DNA of 63,955 nt, counting the filler, from an uncultured bacterium (GTDB lineage Bacteria > CAYJRR01), in assembly GCA_964372275.1 (NCBI GenBank). It is 4 parts of 4 records of this genome, joined end to end, with 100 filler letters (N's around TTAATTAATTAA, not from the genome) between each part and the next. Parts side by side here need not be neighbours in the genome. Positions count along the whole stretch, not along the records: positions 32,543 to 48,536 come from CAYJRR010000103.1; 3 more parts are not named here. One strand, written 5' to 3'. Below are positions 38,978 to 48,129 of this stretch, one piece after another. The position numbers and the translations under genes are program-made. How positions within the stretch are numbered: position 1 is the stretch's first letter; every line of letters starts with the position of its first letter. Under the pieces are notes generated by a model that made no database searches, was not told the DNA's origin, and was given only the letters and a program-made list of their open reading frames with translations.

Positions 38978-39664
38978 ATGAACGTCACCTCGACCACGCC
39001 CCGCCCCCTGGCACTGACGCGTCGCGCGAGCCGACTGGATCGCTCGCTCGCGACCCGGCTCGGCGAGCGCCGTTCGAAAATCACGCGTCCCGACGTCACC
39101 CGGCCCGACGCCGATCTGCGGGACGACCGTGACCGCCAAAGACTCCTCGGCGCTCTCGGTTCCCAGCGTTCGGTCAACGGAGCGATCTCCGCCATCCACG
39201 ACGCGATCGACACCTTCGAAGCGCTGATTTACCACGTCGAAGAATCGCGGAACTCGCCGGTCGACCTCCGGAATGTCCTTGCCGGCTCGATCGCGTCGGC
39301 ACGCGAAATCGACCTTCATCTTCTCGAAGAGCTGCCGCTTCCGACGAACGCCGGCCCGCTGCTCACAATCCTCTCCGCCTCGGTTCATGTCCTACGTTCG
39401 GCCGATCCAACCGACGTCAACCCGACCATACTCCACCGGCTCCAAGCCTCGTCGACGTCCGGACTGACCGCCGCCCGACAGCTGTCCGCCGCGCTCGCCG
39501 CCCACGCCGACGCGATTGCCGGCCGACTCAGCCGGTTCTTCGAACCGATCGACCCCGCGGCCTCCGACCGCATCCGGGAAATCCTCATCGCCCAACGGGC
39601 AACCGCAATCATGGCCCAGGCCAATGCCGCGCCGTCCGCAGCGCTGACGTTGCTGCGGTTCTGA
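38978..39664 (+). CDS. Degenerate flagellin-like protein, 228 aa
   Basis: RBS CAGGAG; RLDRSLATRL and QRSVNGAISA echo flagellin N-terminal helices; ends AIMAQANAAPSAALTLLRF; lacks SSGLRI and ESRIRD. Confidence 0.7.
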   Translation: MNVTSTTPRPLALTRRASRLDRSLATRLGERRSKITRPDVTRPDADLRDDRDRQRLLGALGSQRSVNGAISAIHDAIDTFEALIYHVEESRNSPVDLRNVLAGSIASAREIDLHLLEELPLPTNAGPLLTILSASVHVLRSADPTDVNPTILHRLQASSTSGLTAARQLSAALAAHADAIAGRLSRFFEPIDPAASDRIREILIAQRATAIMAQANAAPSAALTLLRF

Positions 39665-39707
39665 GGCGCCGCACGCCGACCGACCGACCTTTCAAGAAGG
39701 AGCCGTC

Positions 39708-40541
39708 ATGGCACTCACGATCAACACCAATCTCGCGAGCATCACCGCACAGCGGAATCTCGCGTACAGCTCCCGCCGGCTCGAAAGCTCCGTCAGCCGC
39801 CTCTCGAGCGGCCTTCGGATCGCCACGGCCGCCGACGATGCAGCCGGCCTCTCGATCTCGGAACGGATGAGGGCGCAGATCCGGTCGCTGCAACAGGCGC
39901 AGAGGAACGCCAACGACGGGATCTCCCTGGCAAATACGGCCGACGGCGCCCTGAACGAGATCAGCGCGATGCTCATTCGCATGCGCGAGCTCGCCGTTCA
40001 GTCCCTGAACGGCACGAGCGCCACCGCCGAGCAGAACGCGCTCAATACCGAGTTCCAGGGCCTCATCGACGAGATCGATCGTGTCGCGAAGACGACGACG
40101 TTCGCCGGGGTCAAGATCCTCGACGGCTCGCTCGTCGACGGCATGGACTTCCAGGTCGGAACCGGCACCGGGTCGGTCGACCGGGTGAACGTTTCCGTCG
40201 CCGCGGCGACTGCGAGCCAGCTGCTGATCTCCGGAACCGATATCAACACCGACGGCGACACGACTCGCGCTGCGATCATCCAGGTAGATGGCGCCATCGA
40301 CAAGATCAACGCAGCCCGGAGCCGGTTCGGCGCCGTCGTCAACCGGATGAGCTCGACGATCTCGACGATCGCCGCGGTCCTTCAGAACACGATCGCGACC
40401 GAGAGCCGGATCCGTGATGTCGACATCGCGACCGAAACCGCCGAGTTCGCGCGCGCGCAGGTCCTCCAACAGGCCGGCGTCGCGATCCTGGCCCAGGCGA
40501 ACACGATCACGCAGTCCGCACTGGCCCTCCTCCGATTCTGA
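39708..40541 (+). CDS. fliC: Flagellin, 277 aa (subfamily F)
   Basis: Full N/C motifs; [16 protein letters not shown]. Confidence 0.97.
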   Translation: MALTINTNLASITAQRNLAYSSRRLESSVSRLSSGLRIATAADDAAGLSISERMRAQIRSLQQAQRNANDGISLANTADGALNEISAMLIRMRELAVQSLNGTSATAEQNALNTEFQGLIDEIDRVAKTTTFAGVKILDGSLVDGMDFQVGTGTGSVDRVNVSVAAATASQLLISGTDINTDGDTTRAAIIQVDGAIDKINAARSRFGAVVNRMSSTISTIAAVLQNTIATESRIRDVDIATETAEFARAQVLQQAGVAILAQANTITQSALALLRF

Positions 40542-40589
40542 CCCGCCGAGATCCGGCCCACGACGAATGAACCGATCCGAAACATGAAC

Positions 40590-40605
40590 ACCTAACGAAT
40601 TCGTT
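40590..40605. promoter_or_regulatory. Candidate palindromic operator ACCTAA-N4-TTCGTT
   Basis: Matches the shared motif; ~75 nt upstream of flagellin 40681. Confidence 0.45.
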
Positions 40606-40680
40606 CCGTCGGATCCCGAAGCGCCGACCGTACAAAGCGACCTTCCGAAACCGCCCTTCCACACCGAAAAGGAGATCCCA

Positions 40681-41508
40681 ATGGCCATCACCGTGAACAC
40701 CAACGTCGCCAGCATCACCGCGCAGCGAAATCTCTCCCTCAACTCGCGCCGTCTCGAGGGCTCAATCTCGAAGCTGTCGAGCGGCCTCCGGATCGCGACC
40801 GCAGCCGACGACTCGGCGGGGTTGGCGATCTCCGAGAAGATGCGAGCCCGTATCCGCTCCCTCCAGCAGGCGCAACGGAACGCGGCGGACGGCGTTTCGC
40901 TCGCGAACACCGCGGACGGCGCGCTGAACGAGATCAGCGGCATGCTCGTCCGGATGCGCGAGCTCGCCGTTCAGGCGGTCAACGGCACCAGCGACCAGGA
41001 TCAACGCAATGCGCTCGACGCCGAGTTCCAGTCGCTTCTCGATGAGATCACTAGAGTCTCCAGATCCACCGTCTTCAATGACATCAAGCTTCTGAACGGC
41101 TCCACCACGGTGGTCTTCCAGGTCGGAAGCGAAGTCTCCGTCGATTCGCGCATCACCGTCACGCCGATCGATACCACGCTCACCACGCTCGGCCTGGACG
41201 GCGAAGCGATCAACGGGACGGCGACCGACATCCGCACGGCGATGACCGCGATCGATTCGGCCGTGGACGACGTCAACGCCGCCCGAAGCAAGGTCGGCGC
41301 GGTCGTCAACCGCATGAGCACCACGGTCTCGATCGTCGGAAGCCTCATCCAGAACACCATCGCGACCGAAAGCCGCATCCGGGACGCCGACGTCGCCGTC
41401 GAAACCGCCGAATTCACCCGCGCTCAGGTCTTGCAGCAGGCCGGAGTCGCCGTCCTCGCGCAAGCGAACTCGATCACCCAGGCAGCCTTGCAGCTGCTTC
41501 GGTTCTGA
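40681..41508 (+). CDS. fliC: Flagellin, 275 aa (subfamily E)
   Basis: Full N/C motifs; RBS AAGGAG. Confidence 0.97.
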   Translation: MAITVNTNVASITAQRNLSLNSRRLEGSISKLSSGLRIATAADDSAGLAISEKMRARIRSLQQAQRNAADGVSLANTADGALNEISGMLVRMRELAVQAVNGTSDQDQRNALDAEFQSLLDEITRVSRSTVFNDIKLLNGSTTVVFQVGSEVSVDSRITVTPIDTTLTTLGLDGEAINGTATDIRTAMTAIDSAVDDVNAARSKVGAVVNRMSTTVSIVGSLIQNTIATESRIRDADVAVETAEFTRAQVLQQAGVAVLAQANSITQAALQLLRF

Positions 41509-41550
41509 TCCGCTTCCGCCGTCCCCAACGATACACACGAGGAGATTCCC

Positions 41551-42378
41551 ATGGCCGTCACCGTGAACACGAACGTCGCGAGCATCACGGCACAGCGCAA
41601 CCTCTCGATGAACTCCCGGCGACTCGAGAGCTCGATCTCGAAGTTGTCGAGCGGACTTCGCATCGCCAGCGCCGCGGACGACTCGGCCGGTCTGGCGATT
41701 TCCGAAAAGATGCGCGCGCGTATCCGCTCCCTGCAGCAAGCACAGCGGAACGCCGCGGACGGGGTCTCCCTTGCGAACACGGCCGACGGTGCTCTGAACG
41801 AGATCAGCGCGATGCTCGTGCGCATGCGGGAACTCGCGGTTCAGGCGGTGAACGGCACGAGCGACCAGGACCAACGGGACGCGCTCGACGCCGAGTTCCA
41901 GTCCCTCCTGGAGGAAGTCGCCCGGGTTTCGAAGTCGACCGTCTTCAACGACATCAAGCTCCTCAACGGCTCGAACACCGTGGTCTTCCAGGTCGGCAGC
42001 GAAACGTCCGTCGATTCCCGCATCACGGTAACGCCGATCGATACGACGGTCACGACCCTCGGTCTGGACGGCGAGGCGATCAACGGCTCGGCCGGAGCAA
42101 TTCGGAACGCCATGACGGCGCTCGACACGGCGATCGACAGCGTCAACGCGGCCCGGAGCAAGGTCGGCGCCGTCGTGAACCGGATGAGCACCACGGTATC
42201 GATCGTCGGAAGCCTGATCCAGAACACCATCGCCACCGAGAGCCGCATTCGAGACGCCGACGTCGCGGTGGAGACCGCCGAATTCACCCGAGCACAGGTC
42301 CTCCAGCAAGCGGGAGTCTCGGTTCTCGCGCAGGCCAACTCGATCACGCAGGCCGCTCTCCAGCTCCTCCGCTTCTAG
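41551..42378 (+). CDS. fliC: Flagellin, 275 aa (subfamily E)
   Basis: Full N/C motifs; RBS GAGGAG. Confidence 0.97.
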   Translation: MAVTVNTNVASITAQRNLSMNSRRLESSISKLSSGLRIASAADDSAGLAISEKMRARIRSLQQAQRNAADGVSLANTADGALNEISAMLVRMRELAVQAVNGTSDQDQRDALDAEFQSLLEEVARVSKSTVFNDIKLLNGSNTVVFQVGSETSVDSRITVTPIDTTVTTLGLDGEAINGSAGAIRNAMTALDTAIDSVNAARSKVGAVVNRMSTTVSIVGSLIQNTIATESRIRDADVAVETAEFTRAQVLQQAGVSVLAQANSITQAALQLLRF

Positions 42379-42414
42379 AACCCCACCTCCGACCGACCCC
42401 GCAAGGAGCCCCGA

Positions 42415-43242
42415 ATGGCCGTCACCGTCAACACCAACGTCGCGAGCATCACCGCCCAGCGGAACCTCTCGCAGAACACCCGCCGGCTCGAGAGCTCGAT
42501 CGCGAAGCTCTCCAGCGGACTGCGAATCGCATCCGCCGCAGACGACTCGGCCGGACTGGCGATCTCCGAGAAGATGCGCGCTCGCATCCGGTCGCTCCAG
42601 CAGGCCCAACGGAACGCGTCCGACGGGGTCTCGCTCGCGAACACGGCCGACGGCGCCCTGAACGAGATCAGCGCGATGCTCGTCCGGATGCGCGAGCTGG
42701 CGGTTCAAGCCGTGAACGGCACCAGCGATCAAGATCAGCGGGACGCGCTCGACGCCGAGTTCCAGTCACTCCTCGACGAGATCGCGCGGGTCGCGAAGTC
42801 GACCGTCTTCAACGATTTGAAGTTGCTGAACGGCACCAACACCGTCGTCTTTCAGGTCGGAAGCGAGACGTCGACCGACTCCCGCATCACCGTCACCCCC
42901 GTCGACATGACGGTCACCACGCTCGGACTTGACGGTGAGGCGATCAACGGTTCCGCCGGCGCCATCCGCGCCGCCATGACGGCCATCGACGGCGCCATCG
43001 ATGCCGTCAATGCCGGGCGCAGCAAGTTCGGTGCGGTCGTGAACCGCATGAGCACGACGGTCTCAATCCTCGGAAGCCTGATCCAAAGCACGATCGCGAC
43101 CGAGAGTCGCATACGCGACGCGGACGTGGCGGCGGAGACCGCCGAGTTCACCCGCGCGCAGGTCCTCCAGCAGGCCGGCGTCTCCGTCCTCGCGCAGGCC
43201 AACGCCACGACCCAGGCGGCGCTCCAGCTCCTTCGATACTGA
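42415..43242 (+). CDS. fliC: Flagellin, 275 aa (subfamily E)
   Basis: Full N/C motifs; ends LLRY. Confidence 0.97.
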   Translation: MAVTVNTNVASITAQRNLSQNTRRLESSIAKLSSGLRIASAADDSAGLAISEKMRARIRSLQQAQRNASDGVSLANTADGALNEISAMLVRMRELAVQAVNGTSDQDQRDALDAEFQSLLDEIARVAKSTVFNDLKLLNGTNTVVFQVGSETSTDSRITVTPVDMTVTTLGLDGEAINGSAGAIRAAMTAIDGAIDAVNAGRSKFGAVVNRMSTTVSILGSLIQSTIATESRIRDADVAAETAEFTRAQVLQQAGVSVLAQANATTQAALQLLRY

Positions 43243-43292
43243 CCTTCGGCTCCGACTTCGACCGATCCGACAACTTCGAAAGGAAATACCCC

Positions 43293-44123
43293 ATGGCACT
43301 CATCGTGAACACCAACATCGCCAGTATCAACGCGCAGCGCCACCTCGCCGCGAACACTCGCCGACTGGAGGGCGCGATCGGCCGGCTCTCGAGCGGACTC
43401 CGGATCACCGGAGCCGCCGAAGACTCCGCCGGCCTCGCGATCTCCGAGAAGATGCGCGCCAAGATCCGCTCGCTCCAGCAAGCACAGCGAAACGCGTCGG
43501 ACGGTATTTCACTCGCCCATACCGCCGACGGGGCCATGAATGAAATCAGCGCAATGCTCGTCCGGATGCGCGAGCTCGCCGTACAGGCCGCCAACGGCAC
43601 GAGCGATCAGGACCAACGGGACGCGTTGAACGACGAGTACCAGTCGCTCTTGAGCGAGATTCAACGGGTTGCCCAGTCCACCGTCTTCAACAACATCGAG
43701 CTCCTGAACGGCGGCAGCGCGGTTGTGTTCCAGGTCGGTAGCGAGACCTCGACGATCGACCGCATCAGCGTCGGTGTCGTCGACATGAAGATCACCGCGC
43801 TCGGCGTCGACGGAACGGTAATCAACGCCGCCAATGTGAGCGTCATTCGCGATTCGATCAATGCAGTCGATGCCGCGATCACCGAGGTAAACGAGGCGCG
43901 CAGCCAGTTCGGAGCCGCGGTGAACCGGATGACGACGACGGTCTCGATCCTCGGCAGTCTGGTCCAGAACACGATCGCCGCCGAGAGCCGCATCCGGGAT
44001 GCCGACGTCGCGATCGAGACGGCCGAGTTCACGCGAGCCCAGGTCCTGCAGCAGGCCGGCGTCTCCGTACTCGCCCAAGCCAATTCGATCACGCAGTCCG
44101 CGCTTCAGCTGCTCCGGTTCTAG
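43293..44123 (+). CDS. fliC: Flagellin, 276 aa (subfamily E)
   Basis: Full N/C motifs; shares QAANG, ALNDE and INAANVS with 37689. Confidence 0.97.
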   Translation: MALIVNTNIASINAQRHLAANTRRLEGAIGRLSSGLRITGAAEDSAGLAISEKMRAKIRSLQQAQRNASDGISLAHTADGAMNEISAMLVRMRELAVQAANGTSDQDQRDALNDEYQSLLSEIQRVAQSTVFNNIELLNGGSAVVFQVGSETSTIDRISVGVVDMKITALGVDGTVINAANVSVIRDSINAVDAAITEVNEARSQFGAAVNRMTTTVSILGSLVQNTIAAESRIRDADVAIETAEFTRAQVLQQAGVSVLAQANSITQSALQLLRF

Positions 44124-44277
44124 GGTCCGCCGCGAACGTCGGCCGACGGATACGGAGGAATGCACATGTATCGCCACGCGCATGAACGGAACAAAGGTCC
44201 ACCACGGGGCGAACCGAACCTTCACCGACCTTGCCCTGCGGCACCCCGACCGAACTCGAACGATCTGGAACACCCGA

Positions 44278-44658
44278 ATGAACGACAAGATTCACATCGA
44301 GGATGAAGCAGAGGTGGAGTCCCCGGTTCGGCTGATCGTCGACCACTACGACGCCGCGCTCAAGGCGATCTACCGCGCGCACGTTGCCCACGAAAGAGGA
44401 GATCGAATCACGAGGGGCAAGGCGGTATCCCAGGCGCTCGCGATACTTCAGGAACTCACGCAGTCGTTGGATCCGCTTCCCGCCCCGCGGCTCGTCCGCC
44501 GGCTCATCGAGCTCTATCTCTGGACCGGCCAGCTCCTCGTCGAAGCAAACGTTTTCGACGACGGTGGAAACCTCGCGAAGGCGGCAAGGATCCTGTCCAC
44601 CTTGCGAAGCGGCTGGAGCGACCTCCACGACCGGATGCGTTCCGAGACCCGCCAGTGA
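44278..44658 (+). CDS. fliS: FliS-family flagellin export chaperone
   Basis: SP.RLIV..YDAAL..I..A....GD...AVSQA..ILQEL..SLD..L.ELY..LL.EAN..RIL.TLRSGW; alternative in-frame ATG at 44182. Confidence 0.85.
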   Translation: MNDKIHIEDEAEVESPVRLIVDHYDAALKAIYRAHVAHERGDRITRGKAVSQALAILQELTQSLDPLPAPRLVRRLIELYLWTGQLLVEANVFDDGGNLAKAARILSTLRSGWSDLHDRMRSETRQ

Positions 44659-44687
44659 CGTCGTCCTCTTACGCAGGAAGGATTTCC

Positions 44688-45386
44688 ATGCACCTCACGA
44701 TTTCGAGATCGTTGCTCCTGGAGAACCCCCGCGAGACGGTGCGTCCCGCGGAGCGCCGGTCGCCCGCGACACCCGCGGCGGGCGCGGACTCGGGCGGCTC
44801 CCGACCTGCCCCCGACCGGAGGAGCAGCTCCGAACGAGCCCCTCGACCGTCGCGCACCATCCGCCTACTGCAAGACGAACTGCGTGGCGCAAACGAGGCG
44901 CTCTCGATCGCTTCCTCGACTGCGACCGAGCTCGATCTCCTTCGATCGAACGACTCGATCGATCGCTCGGCGGTGGCGTCCACGATCCGTGAGGTCGTGG
45001 CGGCCGCGATCCGCCGCCTCGCCGATCTCGAAGCGGGCAGAACGGACGCACCCGCATCCGCTGCCCGGTCCGAATGGGTCGCGCTTCTCGGGACCGCGTT
45101 GCGCGCTGCCGAGGAGACGTTCAACCAATCCGGCGACCCTTCGGCGGCTCGGGCCCAGGCCCTCGCGACCACACTTCGAAAGATCGAGCGGGAGGCCGGG
45201 TTGGCCGCCGGACGGATCGCCCGCGACATCAACGACCGAATTTCCGAGCAGGGCTCCAGCGGAGCTCCAGACGACGAACCCACTCCCGAACGGACCCGCC
45301 ATCGAATGGTCCTCCAGCGGTCGGCCGCCGTGCTCGCCCAGGCCAACGCCGCGGCAGTCTCCGCCGTCAGTCTCCTTCGATTCTGA
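44688..45386 (+). CDS. Degenerate flagellin-like protein, 232 aa
   Basis: RBS AGGAAGGA; MHLTIS start; IRLLQDELRGANEALSIA resembles [18 protein letters not shown]; ends AVLAQANAAAVSAVSLLRF. Confidence 0.7.
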   Translation: MHLTISRSLLLENPRETVRPAERRSPATPAAGADSGGSRPAPDRRSSSERAPRPSRTIRLLQDELRGANEALSIASSTATELDLLRSNDSIDRSAVASTIREVVAAAIRRLADLEAGRTDAPASAARSEWVALLGTALRAAEETFNQSGDPSAARAQALATTLRKIEREAGLAAGRIARDINDRISEQGSSGAPDDEPTPERTRHRMVLQRSAAVLAQANAAAVSAVSLLRF

Positions 45387-45431
45387 CCGGCGACCCGGCC
45401 CGCCGCAGAACTTCTCGCCCAAGGAGCAACC

Positions 45432-46268
45432 ATGGCACTCATCGTCTCCAACAACTTCGCCGCACTCAGCGCCCAGCGAAACCTCGCCAATACGTCGAGA
45501 CGACTGGAGAACTCGATCAGCCGGCTCTCCAGCGGTCTCCGCGTGGCGACCGCGGCCGACGACGCCGCCGGCCTCTCGATCTCGGAGCGTATGCGTGCAC
45601 AGATCCGCTCGCTCCAACAGGCGCAACGCAACGCCAACGACGGAATCTCCATGGCCAACACCGCGGACGGCGCGCTCAATGAGATCAGCGCCATGTTGAT
45701 CCGGATGCGGGAGCTCGCGATCCAGTCGTTGAACGGAACCAGCGGAACCGCGGAACGAAACGCGCTCGACGCCGAATACCAGGGTCTCGTCGACGAGATC
45801 GATCGTGTCGCCAAGACCACCACGTTCATGGGGGCGAAGATTCTGGACGGCAGCATGGTCGTAAACGGAATCGAATTCCAAGTCGGCCCAGGAACCACGT
45901 CCAACGACCGGATCCTCGTTTCGGGAGCCGCCGCGACGGCGAGCCAGCTGCTTCTCTCCGGCACGGACATCAATACCGATATCGATACCACCAAGGCCGC
46001 GATCACGCAGGTAGACGGCGCGATCGACAAGGTCAACGCGACCCGAAGCCGGTTCGGTGCGGTCGCGAACCGGATGAACGCAACGATCACCAGCATTGCC
46101 ACGGTGCTGCAGAACCAGATGGCGACTGAGAGCCGCATCCGCGATGTCGACGTCGCGGCCGAAACCGCCGAATTCGCGCGGCTCCAGGTGCTGCAACAGG
46201 CCGGTGTCGCCGTCCTGGCGCAGGCGAACACGCTGACCCAGTCCGCACTCTCCCTGCTCCGGTTCTAG
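45432..46268 (+). CDS. fliC: Flagellin, 278 aa (subfamily F)
   Basis: Full N/C motifs; close paralogue of 39708. Confidence 0.97.
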   Translation: MALIVSNNFAALSAQRNLANTSRRLENSISRLSSGLRVATAADDAAGLSISERMRAQIRSLQQAQRNANDGISMANTADGALNEISAMLIRMRELAIQSLNGTSGTAERNALDAEYQGLVDEIDRVAKTTTFMGAKILDGSMVVNGIEFQVGPGTTSNDRILVSGAAATASQLLLSGTDINTDIDTTKAAITQVDGAIDKVNATRSRFGAVANRMNATITSIATVLQNQMATESRIRDVDVAAETAEFARLQVLQQAGVAVLAQANTLTQSALSLLRF

Positions 46269-46313
46269 CCGTCGACGGCAGCATCGAACCGCACACACAC
46301 ACGAGGTGAAACC

Positions 46314-46538
46314 ATGCTCGATCCGATCGTCGCACCCGCTCGGCAGCCATCGCGCAGGATCTTCCGGCTGGAGCTCGAAGCGCCCTCGACCGAATCGGTA
46401 CCACCCGGCGAGACCGTCCCCTGGACGCGCCTCGCGGCGGAGGCCGGCTCAGAGCTCGCCCGCGATGCGGCCGCGGCTGTGGCCGTCCAATCGTCCGGAC
46501 TGACCGCCTCCTCCTGGTCCTTGCTCGCGTTCGAGTGA
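46314..46538 (+). CDS. 74-aa small protein resembling only the flagellin C-terminal tail
   Basis: RBS GAGGTG; AAAAVAVQSSGLTASSWSLLAF aligns to [22 protein letters not shown]. Confidence 0.55.
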   Translation: MLDPIVAPARQPSRRIFRLELEAPSTESVPPGETVPWTRLAAEAGSELARDAAAAVAVQSSGLTASSWSLLAFE

Positions 46539-46573
46539 TTTCCGAAACACCGATCGAGCCCCGGAGAACTCTC

Positions 46574-46975
46574 ATGAACGGATACGACCGCTACCTGGAA
46601 ACCGACGTCGCGACCCGATCGCCATTGTCGATCGTGATTGCGCTCTACGACGGAGCGCTACGCGCCCTCGGACTCGCGCGGTCCTCGACCGATCGGTTCT
46701 CCCTCGGACGCTACGCCTGCCGCGCGAACCTGATCGTAGGGGAGCTCGCGGCTTCGCTCGACGAAAAGGCGGCGCCCGAGATGTCCAGTTCCTTGCACCG
46801 GCTCTACACCACCGTGTCCGCGTTGATCGTCGACGGAAGCGAGCGCGGTGATCCCAAGCCATTGGAGGAGGCCGCACGGATCCTCACCGTCTTGCGACGC
46901 GGTTGGGCGTCGATTCCCAACGCCAGCGGATCGCCGGACCCGAGATCGAGACCGCCGTCGCGCGGAGGTGGCTGA
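46574..46975 (+). CDS. fliS: FliS-family flagellin export chaperone (most canonical copy)
   Basis: MNGYDRY....V.T.SP...VI.LYDGALR.L..A; RA..IV.EL..SLD; L..LY; LEE...IL..LR.GW; RBS GGAGA. Confidence 0.88.
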   Translation: MNGYDRYLETDVATRSPLSIVIALYDGALRALGLARSSTDRFSLGRYACRANLIVGELAASLDEKAAPEMSSSLHRLYTTVSALIVDGSERGDPKPLEEAARILTVLRRGWASIPNASGSPDPRSRPPSRGGG

Positions 46976-47044
46976 CGCCACTCCCGACGGTTCCCTCCAA
47001 CTACTTTCAGCCTTCAACCAAACGATAAATACCGGGAGCGAAAG

Positions 47045-47878
47045 ATGGCACTCACGATCAACACCAACATCGCCAGCGTCGAAGCTCAGCGCAATCTCTC
47101 GTCCAACAACCGCCGGCTCGAAGGATCGATCGCCCGACTCTCGAGCGGCCTCCGGATCGCGACAGCTGCGGACGACGCTGTCGGTCTTTCGCTGTCCGAG
47201 AAGATGCGAGCACAGATCCGCTCCCTGAAGCAGGCCGAGAGAAACGCGAGCGATGCCGTCTCGCTCGCGGGTGCGGCGGACGGAGCGCTGGCCGAGGTCG
47301 GCTCGATGCTCGTCCGGATGCGTGAGCTGGCCGTCCAGTCGCTCAACGGTTCGAACGGGACCGAGGAACGCAAGACGATGGAGACCGAATTCCGCCTGCT
47401 GATCGAGGAGATCGACCGCCTGGCCCAAGCGACGAAGTTCAACGGCGTCCAGCTGATCGCGGGCGGCAACGACACCGTTTTCCAGGTTGGCAGCGAAACC
47501 AACAGCACGAACCAGATCACCGTGAGCGCGGTCAACACATTGGTCTCCGCGGCCGGCCTGAACCTCTTGAGCGCCCACGTCTCCACCGCCGTCTCCGCCG
47601 GCGCCGCCGTCGCGAAGATCGACTCCGCCATCGACAAGGTCAGCGGCTTCCGCGGCAAGTTCGGAGCCGCGCTCAACCGCGTCAACAGTACTGTCGCCGC
47701 CCTGGCCAGCATGATCCAGAACACCATGGCCGCCGAGAGCCGCATCCGCGACGTCGACGTCGCACTCGAGACCGCCGAGTTCACGCGCGCGCAGGTGCAG
47801 CAGCAGGCGGGCGTGGCGGTCCTCGCGCAGGCCAATACGCTCACGCAATCCGCCCTCCAACTGCTGCGGTTCATCTAG
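47045..47878 (+). CDS. fliC: Flagellin, 277 aa (subfamily A)
   Basis: Full N/C motifs; EERKTMETE signature shared with contig-1 copies. Confidence 0.97.
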   Translation: MALTINTNIASVEAQRNLSSNNRRLEGSIARLSSGLRIATAADDAVGLSLSEKMRAQIRSLKQAERNASDAVSLAGAADGALAEVGSMLVRMRELAVQSLNGSNGTEERKTMETEFRLLIEEIDRLAQATKFNGVQLIAGGNDTVFQVGSETNSTNQITVSAVNTLVSAAGLNLLSAHVSTAVSAGAAVAKIDSAIDKVSGFRGKFGAALNRVNSTVAALASMIQNTMAAESRIRDVDVALETAEFTRAQVQQQAGVAVLAQANTLTQSALQLLRFI

Positions 47879-48129
47879 TCCGTTCGTCGCGGTTCGGAAA
47901 CTCCGCGAAACAGAGTCCGATCGCCACAGCGCCCCGTCTCCCATCGAGGAGGTAGATCGATGTCACGCAGGGTCTCATTCCATCCACGATCGAGACCGCC
48001 ACTCCGCCGATGGAGATCCGTGAAGTTCGTCGGTTTGGTGCTCGACGCTGCAGATGAGGCGCGCCAGAGCCTCCACGTCGGCACGCTCGAGGCCCTCCCT
48101 TTCTTCTCTCACAACACGAGGAACCAAAC

